Positions 25,356 through 43,700 of a stretch of 64,000 bases of DNA are shown here, one piece after another. Location of the stretch: assembly GCA_048213135.1 (NCBI GenBank), contig PS015054.1:381812-445811 (forward strand), given 5' to 3'. The notes below the pieces were generated by a model. It saw only the letters and a list, made by a program, of their open reading frames with translations, was not told the origin of the DNA and searched no databases. A program made the position numbers and the translations under genes. Positions within the stretch are counted from its first letter, which is position 1; every line of letters starts with the position of its first letter. Origin of the DNA: Reclinomonas americana ATCC 50394. Taxonomy: Eukaryota.

Positions 25356-27770
25356 TCAAGATCTGTCATCGCGCAGTACGGCAATAAGGGCGTTGCGAAT
25401 GTCGGACGTCGACACGCGCAGCAACTGGCTGTACGACAGAAGCACCGGTCCTGCACGTAGTTTCACATGAATATGGGGCATGGAACAGATCACGTGACGC
25501 CACCCTCCCTGCCACATACCGAATACCCGAATGAGTTCGCGCAGTCCGACGCGCGTCTCAGGTCTGCGACACAAGCTCAGCACAACACTCAACGCATGCA
25601 GTAGGCAGAGCGAGCGAGAGAACTCACGGGTGTGATGTGCCGTACTGCTCCGTGATCGAATCATCCGCAATGGTAAACATTGAACTGCGAATGTACCACG
25701 AGCACTTGTTCCACGGTGTACCGGGGCCTGTGCGCATCCAAGTGTGTGTCAGCACGCAGTATTGTTGTCGAGGAAAGTCGCAACGACGCGTACCAGCACT
25801 GTGCTGTGCCTGCAGTGCGTACACAAGAGCACCCTCGTCGTCGGCAATGCACACCGCATCTGCAGTCTGACTGCTCTCAAACTTTTTCCGCTCCACTGCC
25901 GCCGCCGACAAGACCGCTGCGTTGGTTATCGGTGGTCGTACAGCAAAGCGCTTCCGGAACTCGGCGCCAAGAGCATCGTTCGACATGCGCTCATAAGATA
26001 TTGCTAACGGTAAGCGAAACATATATATGGTCAGCAATCAACACATGCCTGGTTGACGAAGAACAGTGCGTTTTTTCGGCAGCGCACCTGGTCCGCGCTG
26101 TGGTCGCTGTTGTTGTTGTTGCTGTTGCTGTGGTGGCGGTGGTTGCTGCTGCTGCTGCTTCGCAGGCACCGCTGCTGGCGGAGGTACGGATGCGGCGTGT
26201 TGGTTCTCTTCCTCTGCGAGCATTCGAGCCAGAGCCGCATCAGCCTCCTCCTGCTCTCGTCGACTGTGCCTCTCGAACAAGTGAGAATAGGACGAAGGGA
26301 CGCACTGAGATAAACCGCACACACACACCTTACAAGCTGCTGGATCGGTTCGATATCCGCAACCAGGCTGGCGGGGGGCGCTGATTCGAATGTGTGATCG
26401 GCACCATTGGCCTCTGTCGGGTCACCAGACCGCGGCGCCACGAAGCCCTGTGCATCACGATTGTGAGTTTGAGAGATGAGAGATGCAGCGCGCACACACA
26501 CACACCAGCGTATTCCGAAAGAGTGCGTCCAACAGTCGATCCTGCACCGCCTGCACTGCGGCTTTTCGTCGCATGTCCAGCGTTTCTTGCAACGATGCCG
26601 GAGGTCCGCTCTTGCCACCGGCATTCGGGCCACGCTTGCCCGCCCCCTGCAGCGCAGGGAACTGCATGTCTGTGGGGTGCATGCAGAATGTCACAAGAAG
26701 GACTTTAGCGACTGCACGGACACACACAAACCATCTCGAACGCCCCGTGCCAACTCGCGGTCTTCCATTTCCTGAGCTGCGAGCACGATCTGTTGAAAGG
26801 CAGGCTCTTGAGGCCATGGGGCACTGTGCGCGGTGCGTACCTTCCTGTGCCTGTTTCCACGCTTCGTATTCGCCGTTGAAAAACACCTTGCCGGCGTCGG
26901 GTGGTGGTGGGATGCCCAACGACGACTCCAAAACGCCAAACAAGATGTCTGTGCAGCAACAGACGAATGAGAACGCTTGGCACAACAACCTTGCAACAGA
27001 ACGAGCGCGGTGCACCTTGACACTCGACGGCATCCTCCATGATGCGCGTGGGGTACACGACGTCGTAGTGATTGCCGTGCATGTAGCACAGATGAATGGT
27101 GTGCGGACCCTGTCCGTACGTGCTCTTGATGCCGCACTGGTCAAACACCACAATGTGCAGCTTGAAACGATCGGCCAGCGCTACGAGCTCCGGCTCGCCG
27201 CCCCACGTATCATCCTGTCGCATGTTGGCACAGTAGGCCACAAAATCCTCCTCCATGAAGTGTCGGTACAGGTCGGACTCGCGCTGAATGGTGTCGACCA
27301 CTCGATCGCGCACATACGAATTCCACGAGTATTGCACGTGGAACAGCTGCAACGCACGCAGGTGAGCGAGTAGGCGACGACAACGACGTACGATGCACAG
27401 AGCCGAGAGCAGCACACCTTGTCGGCCACGCATCGAAACTGCACAACGCACGTGTAAGGGCACACGAGAGAGAGAGGGAGAGGGAGAAAGAGAGAGAGAT
27501 CGCGCACACACCAGACACGAGCCATCCTTGGCGATGCGCTTGCGTGTGTAGCCCACACCCTGCAGGAAGCTGTCGAGAATGCGCACTTCGCGTCGATGCT
27601 GCGCTCGCAACTCGGCCTCACTGCTCACTCGCTCGTTCAGCAGATGCCTGTGAAGAGAGAGAGGGATGCAGGTGCACACGCAACTCGACTTGCGCTGCTT
27701 GCTGGGACGACTGCGATGCGCCACGATTGCCGCCGCGCTTCCCACCCGCCCCTTTCCGCTTGCCGCTCAT
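25356..27770 (-). CDS. OTU-family deubiquitinase with a C-terminal extension
   Basis: IAKDGSCL|FRCVADK (catalytic Cys loop), WGGEPELVALA, LCYMHGNHYDVV (catalytic His). Confidence 0.88.
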
Positions 27771-27929
27771 GTCCACTCGCTCGCGCACTCACGCACGCAC
27801 ACACGCCCACAGAGGCAGGGAGTTGTTCTAAACAAATCTCACGTCTTTATAGTAAACCAGGCGGTCCTCCTTCCCCCTCTCTCTCCCTCTCTCTCTCTCT
27901 GAATCCACAATTGGCCCCTTCGTTGTCCC

Positions 27930-34231
<6,302 letters not shown>

Positions 34232-34589
34232 GGATGATGTGTTGATATGGAAGTGATCGACGGATTTGGCGAGTGCGTTTCCCCCGTTTGGAAAACAGTG
34301 CACATTTTTTGTTCAATGTGGTGGGAGTGCAGCAGTGTGAGGGGTCCTGTGATCTACCTTGGTGAGGGCGTTCTGGAAGCTGAGAAGATGGGCACTGTCT
34401 AGGTGAAAGTGCCAATATCACATGCACATGGGCGACTTCACGCATGCATTGATCGACCTGCATGTGCAGCTGCCTGCTTTGCAATGAAGCGCAAACCAGT
34501 GAGTGGGTAACAGCATCAAGCAGATCCACCTCCTTGATGTTATTCTTCCAGTGTCAGCGAACATCGAACAAGCTGCAGATCGGTCGAAT

Positions 34590-34619
34590 ACAACAACAAC
34601 AACAACAACAACAACAACA
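34590..34619. repeat. (CAA)n microsatellite in intergenic/UTR sequence
   Basis: About 10 tandem CAA/ACA units. Confidence 0.85.
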
Positions 34620-35209
34620 TTTACTAATCCAAACAGCAACACAGCTGCATGGTGATCACCATCTTAAGTGAGCACCAGAAACTCAGACATCACGAAAAAA
34701 ACAAGCGAGAAAAAAGTCGAGATGGCGTCAGTGGATCCGTGCTTGCAACAAGAACGAGTGCAGGCACTGGGTTCACGATGACTAACGATTTGAGCGCAGT
34801 CCAGAAACGTCGCAAAACAGCTTGCAGTCTTGCACGTGTTCGTTCTCGGAGATCCCGAACAACAACTCGCTGTGAGTGTACATGTGATCGAAAATTGCGT
34901 TACCGCAAAGCGTTGCCGAACTGGATTTGACACACGTCCGTGCATGCACTTTAGGCACGTCAACACCGGCACCGGACCCGTGCCCAGCTGCATTGCCGAT
35001 CGACTTGTGCGATCGCGAATTCCAAGTCGGGAATCGCGATCGAAATCGATCCTGACCTCGATCCTAATACACAAGCAGTCGTTCCTGGTATGAGTGCTGC
35101 AGTGTGCTAATCATTCAGAACAGAGGCGTCCCTTCAGCTGTGGGAGTGGATTCGACGATCCATTGGTCGGCCGATCTTGATACCGTCGTGTTTTTGTTTT
35201 CCGTCGGGT

Positions 35210-36331
35210 ATGGCTCAAGCGCACGAGAAGGAACACGTGCAGCAACAGCAGCACGAGTTGCAGGCACACGCCGCCGAGTGGCGTGCAGCACACTGGCCCA
35301 ATGTGCGCATTGTCGCCTCCTCGGTCAGCGATGCTGCTGCCGCTGCGGAGGCAGCCGCCGGCGACGCGGCCGTCATCAAGAAGCGCGTGCATTTCATTCG
35401 TCGTTGCGTACCTCTCCTGCCCACGAAGCAATGGACGCGTCACTGACTCTCCCCCTCCTCCACAGACGGACAAGGCGTGCACAATCAAGTCGCCATCGAC
35501 TGGGCGGCGGAGAAACGACCTGGCAATCCGTACGTGCAGCCGGAGCTGCTGGACGCCTTGCTGACGGATCTCGGAGTGCAACAGGCCTCGGCGTTGCAGG
35601 TACGTGCGTGTCCACTGTGATGCGTGCGCGTGCTGTCATGTTCACTGCTCGTCGACGAGCAGGATCGCGCGGAACAACTCAGCAACGTGTCGCTGGTGGT
35701 CACGTCGCCGTTGCGGCGCAGCTGCCAGACGGCCACCATTGCCTTCTCCAACCTGGCCATGTGCCATCTGGCGGCACGTGAGGCGTCGGCCTCCAACAAG
35801 GACTGCGTTCCGTTCCTGGCACACCCGTGGTGCCGCGAGCGCGCCGGTGTCAACACGTGCGACAAGCGGCAACCCGTCAGCCTGTCGGCGCGTGAGTTCC
35901 ACATGGTGGACTTTGGCCTGGCCCTTGAGATCGAGGGCGAGGAGGTGTGACCAACCCGCTCCACCACCTGCACAGACTGTCGACTCACCACTCTCTTGCG
36001 CAGGATTCGTACTGGGAGTCCATTGGAGCCGATGTGCGTGAGCCGCAGGAGGTTTTGGCACGCAGGGCTTTCAACTTTATGCGCTGGCTCATGTGCGAGC
36101 GCCCCGACGCTGAGATTGTCGTGGCCACGCACAGTGGCTGGCTCCTGTTGCGTGGACTGCCCTGCCCGCTTCTCCGTCTCTCTTGCTCTCTCTCTCTCTC
36201 TCTCATCTGTCTATTGCCGTTTCAGGACGCTCTTCAACGCGGTCATGGAGGTACAAGATGAGGCCGCGAAGGAGTGGTTTGGCACGGGCGAGATGCGTTC
36301 CGTGGATGTGACGTGGATCAGCGAGGCGTGA
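35210..36331 (+). CDS. Histidine phosphatase / phosphoglycerate mutase-like protein
   Basis: Spliced VHFIRHGQGVHN (RHG motif split by an intron), DALLTDLGVQQA, VTSPLRRSCQT, IVVATHSGWL. Confidence 0.88.
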
Positions 36332-36467
36332 TTATCATCGCGTACACCACACAATGCACAGCGTTTGAGACAGCCTCTCAAGTAATCACACGTATCGTCT
36401 TCATTGCGCGGCTGCATCACGAGCGGAAAAAGCACCACACGCCGAACACTGCGCTCCGTCAAGCGGC

Positions 36468-39400
36468 TTAGAGTGGAATGTTGCCGTGTTTCTGCATGAG
36501 GGCACACCGAGTCAGCACGCACACCCACACATGCACAACAAGAGACAAGAGGTCACACCTTGGACGGGTTTGACTGCGCACGCGGGAGGATCGGGTGAGA
36601 AACCATCCTGACACGCACAGTGTGGCGACACAAATGAACCATCACTCACCAACTCCTTGTCCTTGAGCATGGCCAGGCTCTCGATGATCAGCTGGCGAGA
36701 AGACGACGGCTTGATCACGTCCTGAATGAATCCTGCGCGCACACATACAAGCGTCAGACACAACACATTTGGCGAGTGACTCGTGACAGTCCACTCACCT
36801 CGGCGGGCGGCCTGCATCGGGTTCGCAAACGTGCGAGTGTACGTCTCAGCCTCCTTGTCTTGCTTGTCGGCGTCCTTGCCGCGGAAGATGATTTCGACAG
36901 CACCCTACAACACACAGACAGTGAGCGATCTGATGCGCAAATGCTGCAACAGCAACAAGTATATCGGCGGCACCTTGGCACCCATGACGGCAATCTCAGC
37001 TTGCGGCCACGCCACATTCACGTCACCACGCAGGTGAATGGAGGACATCACATCGTAGGCACCACCGTACGCCTGACAACTTGTCAGTGATTTCGCTTCC
37101 ACACACATAATCGATGAGCAAATAATATCGTACCTTGCGCGTAATGACAGTGACCTTGGGCACAGTGGCCTCAGCGTACGCGTAGAGCAGCTTGGCGCCG
37201 TGGCGAATGATACCACCGTGCTCCTGCTGCACACCGGGCAGGAAGCCTGCGTGCGATCATTTTTTGAGCAAAGCGTCTCCAGCCTCACATGCATGACAAA
37301 CGGAGTGACGCACCGGGCACATCGACAAAGGTCAGAATCGGAATGTTGAAGGCATCAGCAAAGCGGACAACACGAGCCGCCTTGATGCTGGAGTTGATGT
37401 CGAGGCAGCCAGCATTCTCCGACGGCTGTTCTCCCCGACAATGGTGAGCAAACAGAGCGGGAGAGGCGACGACGACAAACACAACAACAGTGACGTGCCT
37501 GGTTGGCGATAATGGCCACAGTGCGTCCGTCCATGCGCGCGAAACCGCACACAATGTTCTTCGCCCAGTCCTTCATGATCTCGAAAAAGTCGCCATTGTC
37601 GACAATCTTCAGAATCACATTGTGCATGTCGTACGGCGACTGCGCGTGCAAAGCAAAAGACACGGAATGAGTGACCACGCATGGGGTGATGCGCACGTCA
37701 CTTATCGACACGCACATTGGGGTCGTTCGGCACCACAGTGTCCAGCGACGACTCGGCACGGTCACTGGTGTGGCACTCGGGCGTGAGTAGCAGACAATGC
37801 ACGCAAAACACACGTCTCTCCCCACTTGCTGTCGCATTCAGCAGAAAGATCACACACACACACCCACACGCACACACACCCACACACGCACACGTACACA
37901 CACACACACACTCTCTCACACCCACCAAACCCACACCAAGCACACACCCACACACTCTCTCTTACACACACAAGAGGAGTCGCTTCTGTTCTTGATGCCA
38001 CATGATCTCATCCCACTCCCTTTCCCTCTTCCTTTCCCCTTCCTCTGCCCCACCACTCACATGGGGTCATAGTTCACTCGCTGCGGCGGCTCCTCGCGGT
38101 TCGACAGCGGCAAGAAGTCGAAGAACTCGCGAGTCTTGCGCAGCGCGTCAATGTCATCGTCGAATGCAGCATGAGCGACACCACCTGCACCAAAAAAAAT
38201 CACAGTCAGCGGGGCAATCATTATTCCTCCCCATTTCTGCACACTGCCGCAACTCTTCTTCGTGTGGGTCGCGGCACCACCAAGATCCTCCTGGGAAATG
38301 TCCTCCCGAGTCACAGCCTTGACGACATCGGGGCCCGTAATGAACATGTTGGAGGTGCCCTTGACCATGAAGATGAAATCGGTGAGTGCCGGCGAGTACA
38401 CCGCACCGCCTGCGTCCACTCAAGCGGTGAGGAAAACACTGTCGGAGAACACCCTCCCGACACTCACAACCGCGCCGCACCAGCACACGGTCCCATGATG
38501 AGCGAGAGTTGAGGAATCACACCAGAAGCCATGACGTTGCGTTGGAACACCTGCACACACACGCAAGATTTTCGACGTGCGTCAGACGCTGCAACACTGT
38601 GCGTACTGCACAGCCGAGATCCACTGCACCTCAGCGTATCCAGCCAGACTGTCGACTCCCTCCTGAATGCGTGCACCACCCGAATCATTCAGACCAATGA
38701 CGGGCGCTCCCACCAGCATGGCTTTGTCCTGACACAAGTCGCACAAGACGCACGTGAGTACAGATGACCCACTATACTGTAGATCCTCCCTTCTTCCCCG
38801 CCACCCACCATAATCTGCGCAGAAACAATGGTGTTTAAGTACGTGGATTCCACCACACAGCATCGCTGCAGAAACCAAGCAAAAACCTTGCAGATCTTGG
38901 AGGCATTGGTCTCCGAGAGAGAGCCACCAAACACCGTAAAGTCCTGGCTGAACACAAACACCAGACGGCCATTGATCATGCCGTGACCAGTGACCACACC
39001 ATCGCCCTTGTACTGCACACGCAATCACCAATCAGCTCCTCCTCCTCCTCCTCCTCCTTCATTCCTTGCCACACGCGTACCGTTTGGTCGGCCATGCCAA
39101 AGTCAGTGCAGCGGTGCTCCACAAACACATCGTACTCGCGGAACGAGCCCTTGTCCAGCAGCAACAGCACACGCTCACGCGCCGTCAGCTTGCCACGCGC
39201 ATGCTGCGAGTCAATGCGCTTCTGTCCACCACCGAGCATCGCCTGCTCTCGGATATCCACCAACTCCTCTTGGAAATCCTGTGACGATAGAAATTGATGC
39301 ATCACTTGGTGTGACAACCACAGAGTGACGGAGGAAAAAAAGATGCGAAAGTGTGATGCATCAGCCCCACCTTCTTGATTTGCTTGGCGGACCACGACGA

Positions 39401-39603
39401 GGTCACCGGTGCGGCGTCGCTCTTGCAGCGCACTGCAGACACGCGAGACGCGCAGTTCGCCAGCTGTGCACACACACAAGGGGGAGGGAGGTGGTCAGAG
39501 CGAAATCAGCCATGTCACACGCACTATGCCACTGTGTCTTCTTCGCGTGTGTCGTGCGTGTGCGGTCGCTCGCACTCACCGAGATCAGCCGACGAGTGAG
39601 CAT
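36468..39603 (-). CDS. PCCB: Propionyl-CoA carboxylase beta subunit, mitochondrial
   Basis: [81 protein letters not shown]; ends KHGNIPL*. Confidence 0.96.
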
Positions 39604-39658
39604 GGCGTACACGCTGAGGCGGAGATCCGAGTGTGGGACACCTTGCGACGTCAATCAC

Positions 39659-40703
39659 ATGCAACGAGCACTTACAGTGTGTAGCCGACTGGCCCGCTCC
39701 GTGTGGACCTCAACCACCTCACTGTTCGTCCACTCATCACCACCACCACCAAAGCCGCTTCTGTGGGCTCCATCGTTGTCATACGCCATCGAATCTGCGT
39801 CGTCATTGCATGTCGCCAATGACAACAACAACAGCATCAGCAGTCTCAACAGTGGGTATCTGTGGGTGCGCGAGACTCCGCGTGGACCCGGTCGTCCGCA
39901 CGCTGTCTGTTGCGTGTTCCCGTCGTGTGCATTACGATCCTTCCATTGCGTCGCTCATCTCACTGCGTACAGTGAATCCACGAGCTGGTGGTGGCGGAGG
40001 TGGTGGACGAGGCCCGAACGCGGAAGGCGATGAGCCGGTCGGGTTCCCGGACAATGAGCAGAGTCGTCGACGATTGCTGACCACGCTGTTGTTGCTGTCG
40101 CCGGTGATTATGGCGGCAGTGTACCAGTGGTGCGTGGGCGCTGATCGAGTTGTCCTTTTGCTGTTGTGGTTTCTCCTCATCTCTTGTCTGTCTGTTTGTG
40201 GAGGCAGGTACACGCTGGAGCACAAGCCGAAAGTGCGTGCGATGGGCCTTTTCCGATTCGTGCCTCGTGAGCTCACGTCTGTCTCTCCGCTGCGCGCAGC
40301 AACTTGGACCGCCGCCGCCAGAGATCAACTACTTGCAGTTCCGTGACGAGTTGTTGGCGCACGGCAAGGTCGCCGCCATTGTGGTGCGCGGCAACGAGGA
40401 GGCCTGGATCTACCTCAACGATGGCTACAGCAATCCGTTCACCACCCCAGAGCACGCTGCCATGGTCTGTGCTCGGCGCGTACTGTGCTGTTCGTTCTTC
40501 TCGCGCTTACAGCGTCGGTGTGGGTTCGTGTGCAGTTGGTGGAGCGCCAGATGCCTCAGTGCCGGATCCGCATCCGAAGCGCACAGGACTTTGCGAACTC
40601 GCTGGAAGCCATCTACCGCGACCTGCAACTAGACGAGGGCATGTTCTCGCCCGTCGAGTACTACAGTTCCGACGGCCGACCACTGGACGTAACGCGCGTG
40701 TGA
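39659..40703 (+). CDS. Small mitochondrial-type membrane protein: presequence, one TM and an m-AAA protease (AFG3L2/paraplegin-like) intermembrane-space domain only
   Basis: MQRALTVCSRLARS presequence-like start; TM LLTTLLLLSPVIMAAVY; EINYLQFRDELLAHGKVAAIVV...IRSAQDFANSLEAIYRDLQL...PVEYY*. Confidence 0.65.
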
Positions 40704-40767
40704 TCTCCTCTCACCTCTGCTACCGCCACATACTCATTCACCAATTGTACACTCGGTGATTGGAAGA

Positions 40768-43700
40768 TTAGTCCTCGTCGTCGGCCGTGTGCAAGTCCTC
40801 GTCCTCATCATCGATCTCTGCCTCAATCACTCTTCTCACCGCACTCCGGTGCACGTCGAACTCCACCATTGGGCTCTCCACCGACGGAGTATCGTCGTTG
40901 GCCAGCTCCGCGTCCCACACTTGCTCCAGTCGCTTGCGACTCGGGGCAGGTGACCTCGGACTGGCGGCATTGGCCGACGGATTGTGTGACTGGAACGAGT
41001 GATGCAGCACGTGCATGGAGCGGTCCATGATGAACTGGTCCTCGTGCGTCGGTGGGCTGGGGGCGGTGAGCTCAAACGCCGACAGGAACATGGACAGGGG
41101 CAGGAAACGCTCCGGCGCCGATGCACCCTGCGGTCGATCGTCAGCGCATGACTTGCAAACACACCACAACCCGGCACCCACGCAACAGTCTCCTCGTGCC
41201 ACGCTTCGCGACGCGCCTGCAGTGCCATCGCCAGGTCCGTGAATGCCTCGCCTGGCCGTGGGTGCGGATTTCGCATGGTGGCGTGATAGAACTCGAGAAG
41301 CGGACTGTAATAAGGAGAGTCCCGAATGAGTCATGCGCACGTGCATGATTCGTGTGAGGGGGAACGCAACGTGGTGAAATCTGGGTCGTCTTCCATCAGC
41401 TCCGTACCAATCTCCTGCGTGAAGAAGCCGCGAGAGTGAGTGACACATGGAGACTCAGAATAAGAGGAGCATGTGACTGACCGCCGGCAAACACGCCAAC
41501 AAATCAAACTTGAAGGCCGGCGAGAAAGACGCCTCCGGATGGTTAATGTGCTCGCTGACAAACACATCCGAGATGCGGAAGACTCCCGCTCGCACATACT
41601 GCAAGAACATCTGCTCCGACAGGCAGTGCAAGCCGAGTGCCACGAATTCCTCCTGGAACTCCTCCGAAACCGGGAAGCCGAGGTCCTCGCACGCGCAGTG
41701 CAGTGCCTGTAGGATGTGGAAATAGTTGTGCAGCTGCGTCTGCAGGTTGGACGAGTCCGTCAGATCCGGCGTGGCCTCACGACTGATACCGCGGCTAATG
41801 TCGCCACCACCCAGCAAAATCGACGAGTCTGCGGAGGGATTGATGATGATGATGCAGACAGAAAACAAGCAGGGAAAGTAAGCAGACGCACCAGCAGCGG
41901 CACTGGCTGCGGCCACCGGGCTCGACAGCGCCGACGAAGACAAGTCGCCCTCCAGCGAAACACGAATCTGCGACACCGTGAGCACAACGCACGCCTCTCT
42001 CGTGCGCCACGCAGAAGAGCAACGCACTCGAACTGGTGTCGATGAAGTTGACTCCGCAGGCCCTGCTCGCAGTGGTTCCACTCCATGCAACAACTCCACC
42101 GGCAGTGCCACCGGTGTTGGTGCGATGCGGTGACCTGGCGCTGGCTCCAGCAGCAGTGCCCGCGCATCGGCAAACACTTCGCGAATGAGACGGAACAGCG
42201 CCGACGACTCTTCTGACTGCTCGCGTGCCGGTGAGATGGATGGATATGTGGTGTGTAGGGGAAAGACATGCACGCGACACGAACCAAAATGGCACCCATG
42301 TGTAGCGTCAGTGAAGCCACGCGCGGCTTGAGCTCCCGACTTGACGCCACCTTTTCCATGTGATACCTGCAATGCCGATAAAGGGGATATGCGGTGAGAT
42401 GACTGACAAAAATAGATGCACTGAGAGCAGGCGTGACGCACCGCAAGGCGTGCGCGAACACGCAGTTGCTGCGGAACGAGGCCGGCTCAAACACCACTTG
42501 CGAGCGATCTGGCATCCCAGAAGCGGCGGAACTCGCACTCGTGTCGGCAAAGCTCGCTCCAGTGGACGCGGCCAGCAACGATGCGTCCGACGCATAGAAC
42601 GACGAGTCGGCAACCGAGCGTGACAATGGCGACACTGCACATGTACAAACAAGTGAGACGGCTTCCAGCGACGAGCCGGCCAGTCCCACCCACCGTGAGG
42701 ATTCGCTCGACCCGCGGCACGTGTACGAGAGCTGTTTGTTCGTGACGGTGGTGATCTTTGCAAGAAGGTGAGACCGGGGCGGGGGGATGGAAGGCAGGCA
42801 GGTAATGCAAAACGAAACTGTCCCACATCGCTGTTGAGCGACACGTTGGATTGCACTCCGGGTGAACCCATTGTCGAGCTCGCCGAGGAGGTGTTTTGCA
42901 GACTCGACGACGACAACAGTCGGGTCATTGACTCATTCTGTGCATGCGAGCCGAGATACGAGATGCGCGGTTTCGGGTCGGGATTGCGGAGCGAGAATTC
43001 ACGAATGTCGTCCAGTGTCACTCGCCAGCGGTCGGAAGCAGGAGGCACGCGCTACACGCAGTAGGTGAGGTCTCTCTCAGCATGCATGTGAGTGTGTGCT
43101 TAGATGTGGATGGATACACACCGATTCGTCCAACAGCATGTAGTGCACATTGTTCGTCCGGTGATACCGATTGCCACACAGGCTCTTGCGACGCTGCGAG
43201 ACACAACACGAAAGATAAGAGGCGAGCGACGGACCATTCTCGACTCTGGAGAATGTACGAAACGTCGCGCTGAGACACGGACGCGATCACGGTGGTCATG
43301 GGCAAAAAGTTGAGGATCACCGGATCCACTTCCTCTTGCGCCGACATGTACGACGAGCCTGCAGGACGCGTGAGAGCTGGCTCGCAGCGATGAGACAAGC
43401 AAAGCTAATGTCCGCACCAAGCAGATACTCGGCCAACACGTCTTTTGAGAGGAGATGCGGAAACTCGATGCACAGTTTTCGGATAATCTGTGCGCGTGTC
43501 AACATACCGGCGTCGCGAGTGTTCCCTCACACACACACACACCTGCTGTGCCAGCTCGTACTCGCGGAGATGCACGAGGCAGCAGTGAATTGTCGGTGCG
43601 TAGCTCTTGGTGATCTTTAGCGAGAACCACTCCAGCAGTTCGGCCTTGTCGAGATAGTATTCGTACAACACACCACTGTGCGTATCGACAAGATATTCAC

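Noticed and set aside
37826-37828. Possible 3-nt exon CAG|CAA|GT in a long PCCB intron
   Set aside because: Direct splicing already gives DPIDR, matching the conserved spacing, and the intron's length is explained by CA/GT repeats.
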